A stretch of DNA of 64,000 nt, from positions 6,138,001-6,202,000 of the forward strand of contig NC_043018.1 in the NCBI RefSeq assembly GCF_006345805.1, read 5' to 3'. Source of the DNA: Octopus sinensis (Eukaryota). Position numbers and translations under genes: made by a program. Shown in pieces: positions 11,887 to 25,689 of this stretch; within the stretch, counting starts at the first letter, position 1; each line of letters starts with the position of its first letter. Below the pieces are notes generated by a model. The model was given only the letters and a program-made list of their open reading frames with translations, did no database searches and had not been told where the DNA came from.

Positions 11887-14451
11887 AAACTTAAAACTTA
11901 GATAAAACTTAGATATGTTTCGACCAGAGATTGGTCCAGGCCATGTCTAACTTAATAGCACCACCTGATAGGATTATTCGAATCCTGTTTAAGTCAAGTT
12001 TTGTTCAAGTAGTGAGTTCTTGTTGGGTGAGTTGTATCCAGTTTTGTTCAAGTAGTGAGTTCTTGTTGGGTGAGTTGTATCCAATTATGGGTGGCTTGTC
12101 TGGTATTCTTTGAAGGAATCTATCCAGACTCTGTTTGAAGTTGATGGGATCCTTTTCCTCTTTGATCTCCCTCGGGACAATGTTAAATAGGGCAGGGCCT
12201 GTTGAGGAAAAGAAATTATGTTGCAGTGTGTTGTGATCTTGAATTTGGCAGGGGATGTATAGCCCGTGGTCCAAGTCTCGGATGAACCTTGAAGCTAATG
12301 TTTAGGTCGTTTGGGCAAAGTTGGCGGTATATTTTCCACATCGTACAAATGATGTACCGCTCACGGCGACGCTGGAGGGAGTAAAGTTTCAAGGCTTTAA
12401 GGCGATCCCAATAGTCGAGAGCAGCCATGCCTTCAATTTGTTTAGTGAGAGCCCTCTGGGGTGACTCAATTCTGGAGATGTTTTGTCTTGTGTGAGGAGA
12501 CCACAGTGGGCAGCAGTATTCAAGGTGTGGCCGTACAAAGGATGAAAAAAGTGGTATGATGACACCTTGTTCTCTGGACCGGAAAGTTCTTAAGATCCAG
12601 GAACTCATCCTACGAGCTGTATCGACCTTCTTGTTGATGTGTGCACTCCAACTGAGATCGTCATCAACAATTACACCCAGGTCTCTGATATTGTTAGAGG
12701 CTGTGAGCGGTTCCCTGAAGGAAGAGAGTATGGTTGTTTTAGTGAGGAATTTCTTCCAAAATGCATCAGCTCAAATTTTCCCTCATTCAGTTGCATTGTT
12801 TTCTGTCTGCCCATTGACTCACAGCATATAGGCCAGACTGGAGTTGAGTTCGGTCTGCTTCTTCATTGACGATTTGCTGGAGCTTAGTGTCATCAGTGAA
12901 TATTTTCACTTTGCAGTGATGTACGACACTGGAAAGGTCGTTTACATAAATTATGAAGAGTAGCGGACCCAAAACAGTTCCCTGGGGAACACCGCTGGTG
13001 ACTTTTGCTGGGTTTGAGTGGACTCCATCAACTACAACATGTTGTGTTCTATTCGCTAGGAAATACTGAATCCAGTGTAGAACTTTTCCACGGATTCCAA
13101 CATTTGCCAATTTTGAGAGTAGGATGTTATGGTCTACCCTGTCGAACGCTTTACTGAAGTCAAGGTATATGACGTCAGAGTTCGAACCTGTTCCCAAGGC
13201 TTTGAGTACATCTTCAATGTGGTGTAAGAGCTGTGTTAGACAGTCCCTGCCACAGCGAAAGCCATGTTGATTTGAATTTAGGAGTTTGTGGGTCTCCAGG
13301 AAGTCAGCTATCCTTGATCTTAACACTCTTTCAAACACTTTAATGATGTGGGAGGTGAGTGAGATGGGCGATAGTTGACTGCGAGGGATCTGTTTCCCTG
13401 TTTGAAAACCGGGATGACCGACTGGGATAGAAACTTTTCGGTATATAACCTGCGTCTAACGAGTTTCTCCAGAGGTTGGTCAGAGGGACTGCAAGTTGAT
13501 ATCTACATTCCTTCAGGAGACTGGCGGGAAATCTATCAGGGCCTACAGCGGAGTAATGTTTGACCTCATTTATTGCTGCTACGATGTCGGTGGCAGTGAA
13601 GGTTATGTCTGCGATTTTGTGTTGGAGTCAGCTTCGTTCGTTTCCCTCACATCAATATCAGTGGGAACACTGAAGACAGAGCAGTATTGTTTCTGCAGTA
13701 TTTCTGCCATTTCTTTAGCATTGTGTTGGGGAATGCCGTTTTCATCAATCATGGCCCAATAGTGAGACAGTGGTTCTATGCTTATTTGCATAAGAATAGA
13801 ACACTTTTGGGTTCTGTTTGATGTTTTTGATTACCCATTGTTCCTCCACAGCTCTTTGATTTTCAATGGAGGTTTTCATGTTAGTCTGCAGATGAAGTTT
13901 TTCCAGCTCTAGTCTTTTCATTGTTGTTGAATGTGGATGTTGCGTGTGGGAATATTTTAATTGGTTGATTTTTTTGTTGAGTCTTTTGATGCGCCTGATG
14001 AGTGTTTTTTTCTTTTTAGGGAGCCGGTTTCTGTTTGTGTTAGTAGATTTCTTGGGAGCGTGTTTAGAGCATGTGTCGGTGACAATGGTTTCAAAGTGCT
14101 GCCACGCGGTCTCAATATGAGGGGAATTGAGAGTAAAAGACCAGTCGATGGAAGACAGATCCTTTCTGATTGTTCCCCAGTCCGCTTTGTGGAAATTTAT
14201 GTTGTCAAATGGGTGCCATGGAGTGGGATTGGCTGGTTTGGTTTTTATACGTCGGGAATTAAGATTGCAGAGTACCATGTCGTGGTCTGAGAGGAGAGTT
14301 TTTTCGACTGAAATGCTGTGAACGTAGCTAGAGTGATTGGTCAGTACCAGATCCAAGATCGTTTTATTCTGTCTCGTTGGTTCAAGCACTAGCTGAGTCA
14401 GGAAATACTCATCCATCAGATTAAAGAGCAGTTCTGCTGCTGCCCTATCTG
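11886..14451 (-). mobile_element. CR1-type LINE, 5'-truncated, ORF2 (APE C-terminus and RT) disrupted
   Basis: TRQNKTILDLVLTN..LLSDHDMV (APE end); QHGFR..CLTQLL, DVIYLDFSKAFDRVDH, SGVPQGTVLGPLLFIIYVNDL, FTDDTKL (RT); RPHLEYCCPLWSP, LYSLQRRRER. Several frameshifts and stops, (ATCTAAGTTTT)n tail, both ends in (TA)n. Confidence 0.95.
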
Positions 14452-14486
<35 letters not shown>

Positions 14487-16261
14487 ATATGACAGGCTTC
14501 TTTCAGTTTCCATCTACCAAATCCACTCACAAGGCTTTGGTCAGCCCAAGGCTATAGCAGAAGACACTTACTCAAGGTGCCACACAGTGGGACTGAACCC
14601 AGAACCATATGGTTGGTAAGCAAGCTATTTTCATTTTTATATCTGGTTTCCAAAATCTTTTATAGGAATTTGTATGCTGAAACAAATTTTGTGTCTAGGG
14701 AGAGCTATTATGCCAATATAATTAACACAAGGATTGGTTCATTACCACTTATTTATTAAATATCTGATTTTGTTTTCAAAGCTCTTCCTTTGCTTTTTGC
14801 AGTCTTCTCAGTGACTCAGTGACTATTGACTATATATATGTTTAAATGGTTTTATATATTCATATATACTTGTGCGTACCTTTTCCTTCTTTGGATACTA
14901 AACTCTGCTTGCGAAGACCTGTTGAGGCAAATGAAATCAAAATCAAAATCAAAGTCAAAGTGAAATTCGATGACGGGCATAAGCACCATATGAGCATGAT
15001 CGTTGACAGAGCGGCTAACTGGCTTCCGTGCCGGTGGCATGTAGGAGGCACCATTCAAGCGGGATCATTACCAGCATCGCCTTACTGGCACCTGTGCCAT
15101 TGGCATGTGTAAAAAAAAAAATTCAAGCGAGGTCGTTGCCAGTACCGCCTGACTGGGCCCTGTGCCGGTGGCACGTAAAAGCACCCACTACACTCTTGGA
15201 GTGGTTGGCGTTAGGAAGGGTATCCAGCTGTAGAAACTCTGCCAGATCAAGACTGGAGCCTGATGCAGCCATCTGGTTCACCAGCCCACAGTCAAACCGT
15301 CCAACCCATGCTAGCATGGAAAGTGGACGTTAAACGATGATGATGATGATGATGATGATATATAGGTATATAAATACATATTTATATACATATTTTTATA
15401 TAAGTGTAGATACATGTGTGTATTTGTATAAAAATATTTGAATATATATATATGTATATACATATGTATACACATATGTGTATACCTACAATGTATATAC
15501 TTATATATGATATATATTTGTGTATGTGCTTGTATGTAGACACATAAAACACAACCAAAAGAGGAAGATTTTCAGGTAAGGTGGATACTAGCAAATAAAT
15601 AATATATGAAGTTATAAATGTAAAGCATCTGGTGGACAAAGAATGGAAGAATTAAGTGAAATAATGTGTGTACGATAAAAATATATACACCAAATGAATA
15701 GAAATAGGAGAGGGTCTAACATTCGGGGTTATGCCTCTTAACAAAAAGAAATGAAAGAAGTAATAGACATAAGAGAAAAGAAGTAGAAACGATACTGATG
15801 TTATGGTGTCTGTTTTGCATTGCAGGCTCGGTATAAAAAGGGAGTTGGAACTTGTGATTAGGGGGACTGAATGTAGGGATGATCTGTGTTAAATTGAAAC
15901 ATTAAGAAGTTCTTAATCCAAGACCTGTATTAAGATTTATAGATTTTCATACAGAAAATGAGGCCAAGTCATTTCTCAAGATTTAACTCAACTGAAGACC
16001 TTTGCTTTCCCAAAATTGGGATATTACAACATACTGATATTTGTAGGAATTCTTTCTAATACATATAACTTAGTCCCGATAAATCATTTTGTTATATATT
16101 TGTTAAGTGACAATTTTGTATTTTAGTAAAAATATTTTACTCTCATGATTTTACTCATCATTTAAAGTCCACTTCCCATCTTGGCATGGGTTAGACAGTT
16201 TGATTGGAACTGGTAAGCCAGAGAGCTGCCCCAGGTTCCAGTCTGATTTGGCACAATTTCT

Positions 16262-16495
16262 TATTTCTTTATTGCCCACAAAGGGCTAAACATAGAGGGG
16301 ACAAACTAGACAGACAAAGGGATTAAGTCAATTACATCGACCCCAGTGTATAACTGGTACTTAATTTATCGACCCCGAAAAGATAAAAGGCAAAGTCGAC
16401 CTCGGCAGAATTTGAACTCAGAATGTAATGGCAGATGAAATACCGCTAAGCATTTCACCCAGCATGCGAACATTTCTGCCAACTCGCACCCTTAA
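16262..16495 (-). mobile_element. tRNA-headed SINE family C (long 3' variant)
   Basis: Head ggtgcgagttggcagaa...ctgagttcaaattc (B-box-like), body gtcgactttgccttt, 3' end gtttagccctttgtgggcaataaagaaata. It splits an RTE 3' fragment. Confidence 0.8.
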
Positions 16496-16987
16496 TAATA
16501 AGTGGCACAATTTCTACTTCTGGATGCCTTTCTTTATGCCAATCACTCCAAGAGTGTAATGGGTGTTTTTATGTGCCACCAACATGAGTGCCATTGACAC
16601 ACGAGCAACAGTGCTGACTATGATTTCACGGGTGCCATTTACATCACACTGGCAACAGCCATGACTCTGATTTCACTTGGTTTGACGAGTCTTCTCAAGC
16701 GCAGAATATCGCCAAAGGTCTGAATCACTTGTTGCCTCTGTGAGGCCCAACATTCGAAGTTCATGCTACTGGCAATGGCCACAAATACAATTTCATGGGT
16801 GCCATTTACACAACACCAACATCAGCCATGACTACGATTTCACTTGGCTTGACAAGTTTTCTCAAGCACAGTATATCGCCAAAGGTCTTGTTCACTTGTC
16901 ATCACCTCCATGAGGTCCAATATGTATATATATGTATACATATATATAGATACATATATATATATATAATATATATATATATATATA

Positions 16988-17070
<83 letters not shown>

Positions 17071-17071
17071 A

Positions 17072-17109
<38 letters not shown>

Positions 17110-17111
17110 TA

Positions 17112-17145
<34 letters not shown>

Positions 17146-17811
17146 GCACACACACAAATATATATACATATGTATAAAGGTATATCATCATCATCATTGT
17201 TTAATATCCGCTTTCCATGCTAGCAGGGGTTGGACGATTTGACTGAGGACTGGTGAGCCAGAGGCTGCACCAGACTCCAATCTGATCAGGCAGAGTTTCT
17301 ACAGCTGGATGCCCTTCCTAATGCCAATCACTCCGAGAGTGTAGCAGGTGCTTTTACATGCCACTGGCATGAGGGCCAGTCAGGTGGTACTGGGAATTGC
17401 CATGCTCAAATGGTGCTTTTTATGTGCCACCTGCACAGGATACTGTCCAGCGGCACTTGCAACAACCTCGCTTGAATGTTTTTCACATACCACTGGCACA
17501 AGTGCCAGTAAGGCAATGCTGGTAACGATCATGTTTGAATAGTGCTTTTTATGTGTCACTGGCACGATATATATATATATATATCTTATACTCATTTACT
17601 TGTTTCAGTCATGTGACTGTGGCCATGCTGGAGCACCGCCTTTAGTCGAGCAAATCGACCCCAGGACTTATTCTTTGTAAGCCTAGTACTTATTCTATCG
17701 GTCTTTTTTGCTGAACCACTAAGTTACGGAGACATAAACACACCAGTATCGGTTGTCAAGCGATGTTGGAGGGACAAACACAGACACACAAACGTATATA
17801 TATATATATAT

Positions 17812-19133
17812 ACCCCCTCACCACTATCCACACCGCCCTTGCCAGAGCATGTTCCATAGACTGTGCATCTGCTCTCTCTGCCATTCCCTGTACATCGGAC
17901 AAACGGGACGCCGCTTGGCTGACCGGTTCGCAGAATACCTCCGAGACATCCACCTCGCCAATGACACACCAGTCTCACGCCATTTCCGCTCCACCGGTCA
18001 CTCCTTGCAACACCTGTCTGTGTTTGGATTGTCCTTGCAAAGACGCCATCCGGATTCCCACTTGCACCATGAACAGGGATTAATCTTCTCTCTTTACTCT
18101 TTTACGCCATTTGGGCTCAACTCTCCCCCCTTTTCATTTAACCTCTCCCCCGACTCCTACTTCTCTTCAGTCCTTTATCTTTTCACCCCTACTCTCTTTC
18201 CCTCTTCTTCCCTTCTTTCCCCTTCTTCTTTCTTCTTCCCTCTTCCCCTTCTCTCTTTCTCTCTTCTCCCTCACTCCCCTTCACTCCCCTCTCCTCCTCC
18301 TCCTCCTCTCCCTCTCCCCTCCTCCTCTTCCTACCACTCCCCTTCTTTCCCTTCCTCCTCCTCTCCCCTTCTCCTCCTCTCCTTCCTCCCCTCCTTCTCC
18401 TCCTCCCTCTCCTCCTCCCTCTCCCTCATCTCATCTCATCACCCCCTCTCCCCTATCTCCTCTCCCTCCCTCCCTCCCATCCTCTCATCTTCCCCTCCCA
18501 ACTCTTATCTCCCCCTCTCACTCTCCCCACAACCCCCACTCTACCCCAACCCCCAGCTGAACCAACACCTCACATGGGCTTTCCCCACTCTCGCCCCCCA
18601 CCACACTACACTACACCATACGACATTACACATCACATCACAACACACCACCCACAGCACACCGCCCACACACCCATCCCCACATCTTTACACCTACACA
18701 TACATACACATATCATATCACAACACACCACCCACACATTCATCCCCATATCTCCACACCCACACATACATACATACACACGTCCAGACCACCAGCCCTC
18801 TTTCACATGCACATACATACTCTCTTATACACACACACACCTTTGTGTTGGGGCGAAGTCACTTGACCCTGTTATCTCCCCTACTATCCCTCTAGCGTCT
18901 AACTCCTGACCTCTGACCTCTGAAGTCAGTACACCATGATGGACTGTTAGCTCCTACACGCATTTTTTTCTCTCCTTGTTTCTCTCCTTGTTTCTTTTCT
19001 GTGTATCTTTCTGTCGAAGAGCATAGGCTCGAAACGTAAAAGACCTTTTCTATTCCTGAGTGCCATACTAATACATTTGCTTGTTTGTACTCCACCTGCC
19101 TTCGTCTTTTGTTTATTTTCGTAAACCTTCCCG

Positions 19134-19140
<7 letters not shown>
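17812..19140 (+). mobile_element. Penelope-like element 3' end (GIY-YIG C-terminus plus pLTR) inserted into the internal (TA)n of a SINE A
   Basis: CICSLCHSLYIGQTGRRLADRFAEYLRDI...HF...H...EQGLIFSLYSFTPFGLN at ~17860-18120 is the PLE GIY-YIG signature. SINE A halves lie at 17590-17800 and 19155-19335 on either side. Confidence 0.85.
19006..19043 (+). ncRNA. Minimal hammerhead-like motif in the PLE pLTR, A6U core mutation
   Basis: UCUUU-CUGUCGA-A-GAGC AUAG GCUC-GAAAC-GUA|AAAGA; stem III has no loop (ACGU palindrome). Confidence 0.55.
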
Positions 19141-19168
<28 letters not shown>

Positions 19169-19607
19169 TATATACGATGGGCTTCTTTCAGTTTCCGTCT
19201 ACCAAATCCACTCACAAGGCTTTGGTCAGCCTGAAGCTATAGTAGAAGACACTTGCCCAAGGTGCCACGCAGTGGGACTGAACCCAGAACCATGTGGTTT
19301 GTAAGCAAGCTACTTACCACACAGCCACTCCCATGCCTTTGAATCAAGCACTTAAATGGTAAGGCACCGGGTCAGGTCAAAAAGTAAAATGTGTACGCAA
19401 CAAAAATAGAGGAATACATATGCGGGTACCGAAGTACAAGCAGAAAGATATTCAGATTATGCATATGATTAACTGTACCCAACTGAGTATATCATGAGCC
19501 CTGAGACTAATCATGAAATGCACATTGTACTAAGTGCATAGTCCATAATATACTTCAGATCTACGCAAGGAGCAGGTTTTCTTATTTATTCATATGTTTA
19601 TATAGGT

Positions 19608-19860
19608 GTGTGGAGGCGCATGGCTTAGTGGTTAGGGTGTCAGCATCATGATCGTAAGATTGTGGTTTCGATTCCTGGACTGGGTGACACATTGTGTTCT
19701 TGAGCAAAACACTTCATTTCACGTTGCTCCAGTCCACTCAGCTGGCAAAAATGAGTAACACTGCGATGGACTGGCATCCCGTCCAGCTGGGGAACACATA
19801 CGCCATAGAAACCAGGAAACTGGACCCATGAACCTGGCTAGGCTTTAAAAGGGTGCATTT
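19608..19860 (+). mobile_element. tRNA-headed SINE family D
   Basis: A-box TGGCTTAGTGG, B-box GGTTTCGATTCC, gtgttcttgagcaaaacactt core. Copies at 50179-50405, 50428-50685, 58770-58910(-); variants at 20960 and 54915. Confidence 0.8.
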
Positions 19861-19896
19861 ATTATTATTTTTATTATATAGGTGTATGTATCTATG

Positions 19897-19930
<34 letters not shown>

Positions 19931-20123
19931 ATATATATATACTAAGCAATAAGGGTTTAGCAACGAGTTGCCTTACCACATACCGAATTTAGAAATAGCA
20001 GTCAAAGGGTTATAGCTATTTCTTCTACTAAAAAGGGAGATCTCAGTAAAAACAGCATTTGGAAGGCACAAACAGGTAAGAGAGAATGAATTGACTGCAA
20101 TCTATCATACATTTTTTTAGTTA

Positions 20124-20237
20124 TCCACGGACGTACGTTTCGAAATCAAGTTTTAAGGAAAGCATACGAATTAAATATTAAATATTAAATAATAAATAAT
20201 TCTATCTTACCGAAACTTCTTTTCTCTTCAGCGTAGA
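20124..20237 (-). ncRNA. Type I hammerhead ribozyme, intact core with GUC site
   Basis: Minus strand UCUACG-CUGAAGA-GAAAAGAAGUUU..loop..AAACUUGAUUUC-GAAAC-GUAC-GUC|CGUGGA. 6-bp stem I; stem II of 4+6 bp; cut between 20130 and 20129. Confidence 0.85.
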
Positions 20238-20608
20238 ATACTATAATCATAAATGATTATATATTGAATTTTGAGATACCAGAAGGCACCAACTCCACTC
20301 AGTATATATATATATATATATATGTATATATAGGTAATAAATTGTATGGTATACACCTGGTAGATTACCAGTAAAGCACATTCATTTTCACAGTATTTGT
20401 TAGGTATTTGAATAATGAGAAGTATGTATATATGTATGTATGTATGTATGTATATATAAAATAAAATACAAAATGGGACAAGAACACAAAACATCAGGAC
20501 AACTAGATGATAGACGATACAAAAAAACACAGACAGGTCATTCGAAGCCTTTTATCTTCAGTCAAGAACCGGATCATCCTCGCAATTTCGGCTGATTAAT
20601 CTTGAGAT

Positions 20609-20785
20609 GGTCAGTGGCAAGAGAGGAAGAGGCCGACCAAGAACCCGCTGGCTTGACACCATCAAGAGGGATACTGGAATGGACATAGCCAATCTGAAAG
20701 AAGCGGCCCAGGATAGAACTGACTGGAGGACTCTAATCCAACGAGTGACCGAGAGTCGACTTCGACTGAGCGGATATATAGATAG
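20609..20785 (+). mobile_element. RTE-BovB-like LINE 3' fragment (177 bp) with 11-bp TSD
   Basis: GKRGRGRPRTRWLDTIKRDTGMDIANLKEAAQDRTDWRTLIQRVTESRLRLSG; (ATAG)n tail; AATCTTGAGAT at 20598-20608 and 20786-20796. Confidence 0.85.
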
Positions 20786-21871
20786 AATCTTGAGATTGCT
20801 CCAATCTGGCCAGCCACAAGGAAAAAGTAAGCTAAGAGCATTAGATTCCTTGGAAAAAAAGCAACGAATATATAAGAAACAAGGACGGAAAAACAGACGA
20901 TGTTACATTGTATGTATGTATGTATGTATGTATGTATGTATGTATGTATGTGGGTCCATGATCTAAATGTTTGAATGTTGTGCTCACAATCACATCATTG
21001 TAGTTTCAATTCCCAAAACGGACAGCATTCTGTGTTCTTGAGCAAAGCAATTCTCATTTTATGTTGCTTTCCGATTACTTTAACATCAGTTGTGTGTGAC
21101 TCTCAATTCAATGGAGGACATGAGCTTATGTACAGCATGAACATTTGATCACTATAAACAAAATCATCTTTGCAGGTGATTCAACAAGAAATTACAGAAC
21201 CCTCGTGGCACGTAAAGTGCCGGTGGCATGTAAAAAGCACCATCCGATCGTGACCATTGCCAGCCTCGCCTAGCTTCTGTGCCGGTGGCACGTAAAAAGC
21301 ACCATCCGATCGTGGCCGTTTGCCAGCCTAGTCTGGCACCTGTGCCAGTGGCACGTAAAAAGCACCCACTACACTCACGGAGTGGTTGGCGTTAGGAAGG
21401 GCATCCAGCTGTAGAAACACTGTCAGATCAGACTGGAGCCTGGTGCAGCCTTCTGGCTTCCCAGACCCCAGTTGAACCGTTCAACCCATGCTAGCATGGA
21501 AAGCGGACGCTAAACGATGATGATGATGATGATGATGGTATCTATGGCAGGAGAGTCCACCATATGCCTTCATATGTTTATATTTTTTCTTCATTGAAGT
21601 ACATTATTATCAATATTACCCATGAGGTAGCTAACAAGGACGTGACAGAATTGTTTAGTTAATTGCGGGTTTGTATACCGATATGTGAAAATAATGTCTT
21701 GAATCATACTTTACACTTGATAATATGTTGTCAGTTGAAACAACTGTAGTGACAAATGTTCAATAAAAGAATGTAAAAATTTATGTTTGTATCGTGTATT
21801 GAGTAGAAATGGGAAAGAAATGTAGTTCGATTGAGCCAAATTCAATGAAGATAATACAAAATAATGCATTT

Positions 21872-21872
21872 G

Positions 21873-21909
<37 letters not shown>

Positions 21910-21916
21910 GTCTATC

Positions 21917-22015
<99 letters not shown>

Positions 22016-22049
22016 TTATCTATCTATATATCTATCCTATCTATCTATC

Positions 22050-22080
<31 letters not shown>

Positions 22081-22175
22081 CTATCTATCCTATCTATCTA
22101 TTTATCTATCTATATATCTATCTATCTATCTATCTATTTATCTATCTATATATCTATCTATCTATCTATCTACCT
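21872..22175. repeat. (ATCT)n microsatellite
   Basis: About 300 bp of imperfect tetranucleotide array. Confidence 0.95.
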
Positions 22176-22288
22176 ATTTAACTGTCTGTCTATATGTATG
22201 TATGCGTGTATATATGTATGTATGTATGTATGTGTGCGTGTATGCATGTGTGTATGTGTATCTCTCTCTTTGTAATATGCAGATACAT

Positions 22289-22337
<49 letters not shown>

Positions 22338-22541
22338 CATATATGTATGTATGTATGTATGTATGTACATATGTAAATATGTATGTATATATAAAAATAC
22401 ATAAGCTTTAATATGTATGCATATATTAATATATGTGTGTGTGTATGTGAGCACATATAAATATATGACTATGTATATGTATCAATACATATAAACTCAC
22501 ACATACACAAATATATATGTTTATACATGCATATATATATG

Positions 22542-22588
<47 letters not shown>

Positions 22589-22678
22589 GTACATATGTAT
22601 GTATATATATATCCATATCTATGGCAATATATTTATATATATTTATAAGTAAGGATATGTATTTTTTATGTAAGTATA

Positions 22679-22843
<165 letters not shown>

Positions 22844-23159
22844 ATAAGTGGAGAAAAAAGAGAGAGGAAAAGAAAAAGTCTGGGCAATGAAATGAAAGAT
22901 TCTGAAACTGCCGCAATACACACACACACGCACATACGCACACACAAACACAGACACACACACACACACACATCTTCATATGCGTTAATGTGTGCAGTGG
23001 TGCATCTCTCTCTCTCTCTTCCCCCCCCCACTCTCTCTCTCTCTCTGTTGACTGTGCAACATGTCTCTGCTGTCATCTACACACCACAGCCTGCAGGTAG
23101 GTTTATATAGCATTTGAATAAAGTGTATTTCGCTTGTATGGACATTTTGTGCATTTTCT

Positions 23160-24900
23160 ATTGCTGCTGGTGATGACGGTCAAGATGATGATGATGATCA
23201 TCATCATCATCGCCATCATCATCGCCATCATCATCATCATTGTCATGGTAATGTCAATGATGATGATGATGATGTTATTGTCGCTGATTCTTTTGTTGAC
23301 AATGTTGCTGTTGTTGTTGGTGATGGTGTTGATGATGACGATGATAATGATGATGTGGGGCGGATGTGGTGGCGGTAGTAGTGGTGATGCTGCTGCTGCT
23401 GCTGCTGATGATGATGATGACGATGATGAGAATGGTGGTGGTGGTGGTGGTGGTGGTGGTGGTGGTGGTAGAGGCAGTGGTGATCATGGTGGTGGTGGTG
23501 GTGGTGATGGTGATGATAATGATGGTGATGGTGGTGGTGGAGGCAGTGGTGATTGTGGTGGTGGTGGTGGTGGAGGTGGTGGTGATCATGGTGGTGCTGG
23601 TGATGGTGATGATAATGGTGGTGGTGGTTTGTGTTGGTGGAGGCTGTGGTCATCGTGGTGGTGGAGGCAGTGGTGATGATAATGATGGTGGTGGTGGTGG
23701 AGGCAGTAGTGATTGTGATGGTGGTGGTGGTGGTGGTGCTGGTAATGATGATGATGACAAAGATGACAGTGTTGTTGTGAAGGTAGCAGTAATAGTAGTG
23801 GTGTGTGTGTGTGTATGTGCTTGAATGTGTATATGTGGTAGTAGAGAAGTGGCATATTGGATGCATGTGTGTGTAGTAACAATATGGAGTATGTGTATGT
23901 GTGTGTGTGTGTGTGTGGTTGAGGTGTGGTGTGTGATAGTTGTGGTAGGTGTGTGCTGTGGTAATGTTCAGTCTAGTGTTTTTCTGATCATGTGAAGCTG
24001 GTGGCGGTTGCAGTGGTGGTGGTGGTGGTAGTAGTGGTGGTGGTGGTAGTGGTTGTGGTGGTGGTAGTAGTGGTTGTGGTATTGGAAGTGGTGATTGTAG
24101 TGGTGGTGGTGGTAGTGGTTGTGGTGGTGGTAGTAGTGGTTGTGGTATTGGAAGTGGTGATTGTAGTGGTGGTAGTCGTAGTGGTGGTTGTGGTATTTGA
24201 GGTAGTGGTTGTAGTGGTAGTGGTTGTGGTGGTGGTGGTTTACAGTGGTTGTTGGGGAAGGTGTTGTTGTTGTTTAGCCCCAGGTCAGCCCTCACCGAGC
24301 ATTCCTAAGATCAAATCTATTTCTGCCTTGCCAATTCAATTTCAATAGTTATTGTTTATTTGGTGGTGATGGTCATTTCTGCATTGTGGTGTGTCTGTGG
24401 TGGTGATGTTGGTGATGATGGTTGTAGTAAGGAAAGTAGCATTAGTAATGGTGGTGGTGGTGGATGGTGACAGTGATTGTGGTGATGGTGGTAGTAGTGG
24501 TGGTGGTAGTGGTGATGGTGATTTTGGTGGTGGTGTAGGTGGTAGTGGTGAAGGTGGTAGTGGTGAAGGTGGTAGTGGGAGTAGTGGTAGTAGTGGTGGT
24601 GGTAGTGTTGGTGGTGACAGCGGTGATGGTGGATGTGGTTCTAGTAGTAGTGGTGATTGTGGTGGTGGTGGTAGTAGTTTTGGTGGTGGTGGTGTGGTGG
24701 TGGTAGTGGTAGTGGTAGTGGTAGTGGTAATGGTAGTGGTGAAGGTGGTAATGGTAGTAGTGGTGGTGGTAGTGTTGGTGATGACAATGGTAATAGTGGA
24801 GGTGGTTGTTGCGGTAGTGATGATTGTGGTGGTGGATGCTACATGCTGTGTGGTGGCAGTTGTAGTACTGGTAGTGGTGGCAGTAGTGATAAAAGAAGCA
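23160..24900. repeat. Compound (GAT)/(GGT)/(GTA)/(GT) microsatellite field
   Basis: Direct inspection; source of the poly-V/G/T/H ORFs. Confidence 0.95.
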
Positions 24901-25586
24901 TAAATATCATAATATGCCGAAGTAGTGGTGGTGGTAGTGTATGAAACATGGTCAATGCTGTCATTAGTGGTGGTCATGTGTTATACCATCTGCAGTATAA
25001 GTGTTGAGTTACAGCCCTTATCATTTAACCCTAGGCCTGTGCTGACTCCCTAAACCAATAATCAAAGGCATTCCAATCATGACCATCCCATCCAATCTTT
25101 TTCACATATCATCCTTTTTAAAGAGGGTTGGGAGTTATTGCTATTATTTCTAGCAAGTCCGTTCACCACACAGAGGCTCTCTCATTGGTTTATGATATAT
25201 CTTATCTCTTACATATCTTTTACTTGCTTCAGTCATTAGACTGCGGCCATGCTGGGGCTCCACCTTGAGAATGATGATGATAATTGCGTGTATGTGTTTG
25301 TGTGTGTGTGTGTGAGTGTGTGTATGTGAGAGAGAGAGAGTGTGTGTGAATGAGTGTGGAAGTGTGTGTGACTGTGACTGTGTTGTGTATGTGAGCACAT
25401 GTGTATGTGTGTGTGAGCATTTGTGTATGAATGTGTGTGTGTGTATGTGAGTGTATGACTGTGGGTGTGCGTTTGTCTGTGATGTGAGTGTGTGCATGCA
25501 TGTGAGTGTGTGTGTGTGAGGGATGCACGTGTGTGTGTGTGAGGGGATGTGCGTGTATGTGTGTGTGTGGTGTGTGAGGGGATGCT

Positions 25587-25622
<36 letters not shown>

Positions 25623-25626
25623 TGTG

Positions 25627-25689
<63 letters not shown>

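Noticed and set aside
19608-19690. tRNA gene (A and B boxes present)
   Set aside because: No complete cloverleaf, and it continues into a conserved SINE body seen in several copies. The same applies to the SINE A and C heads.
20530-20575. Minus-strand CUGAAGA..CGAAU motif in the repeat interrupted by BovB
   Set aside because: GAAU instead of GAAA, and no compatible cleavage triplet.
21615-21760. GAAAC-AACU-GUA with an upstream CCAUGAG
   Set aside because: The core has a deletion and stem II cannot be paired; too degenerate to call.
23243-24295. 350-aa Pro/His/Thr-rich ORF resembling extensin or His-rich proteins
   Set aside because: Entirely within a compound trinucleotide field, open in several frames on both strands, no splice context.
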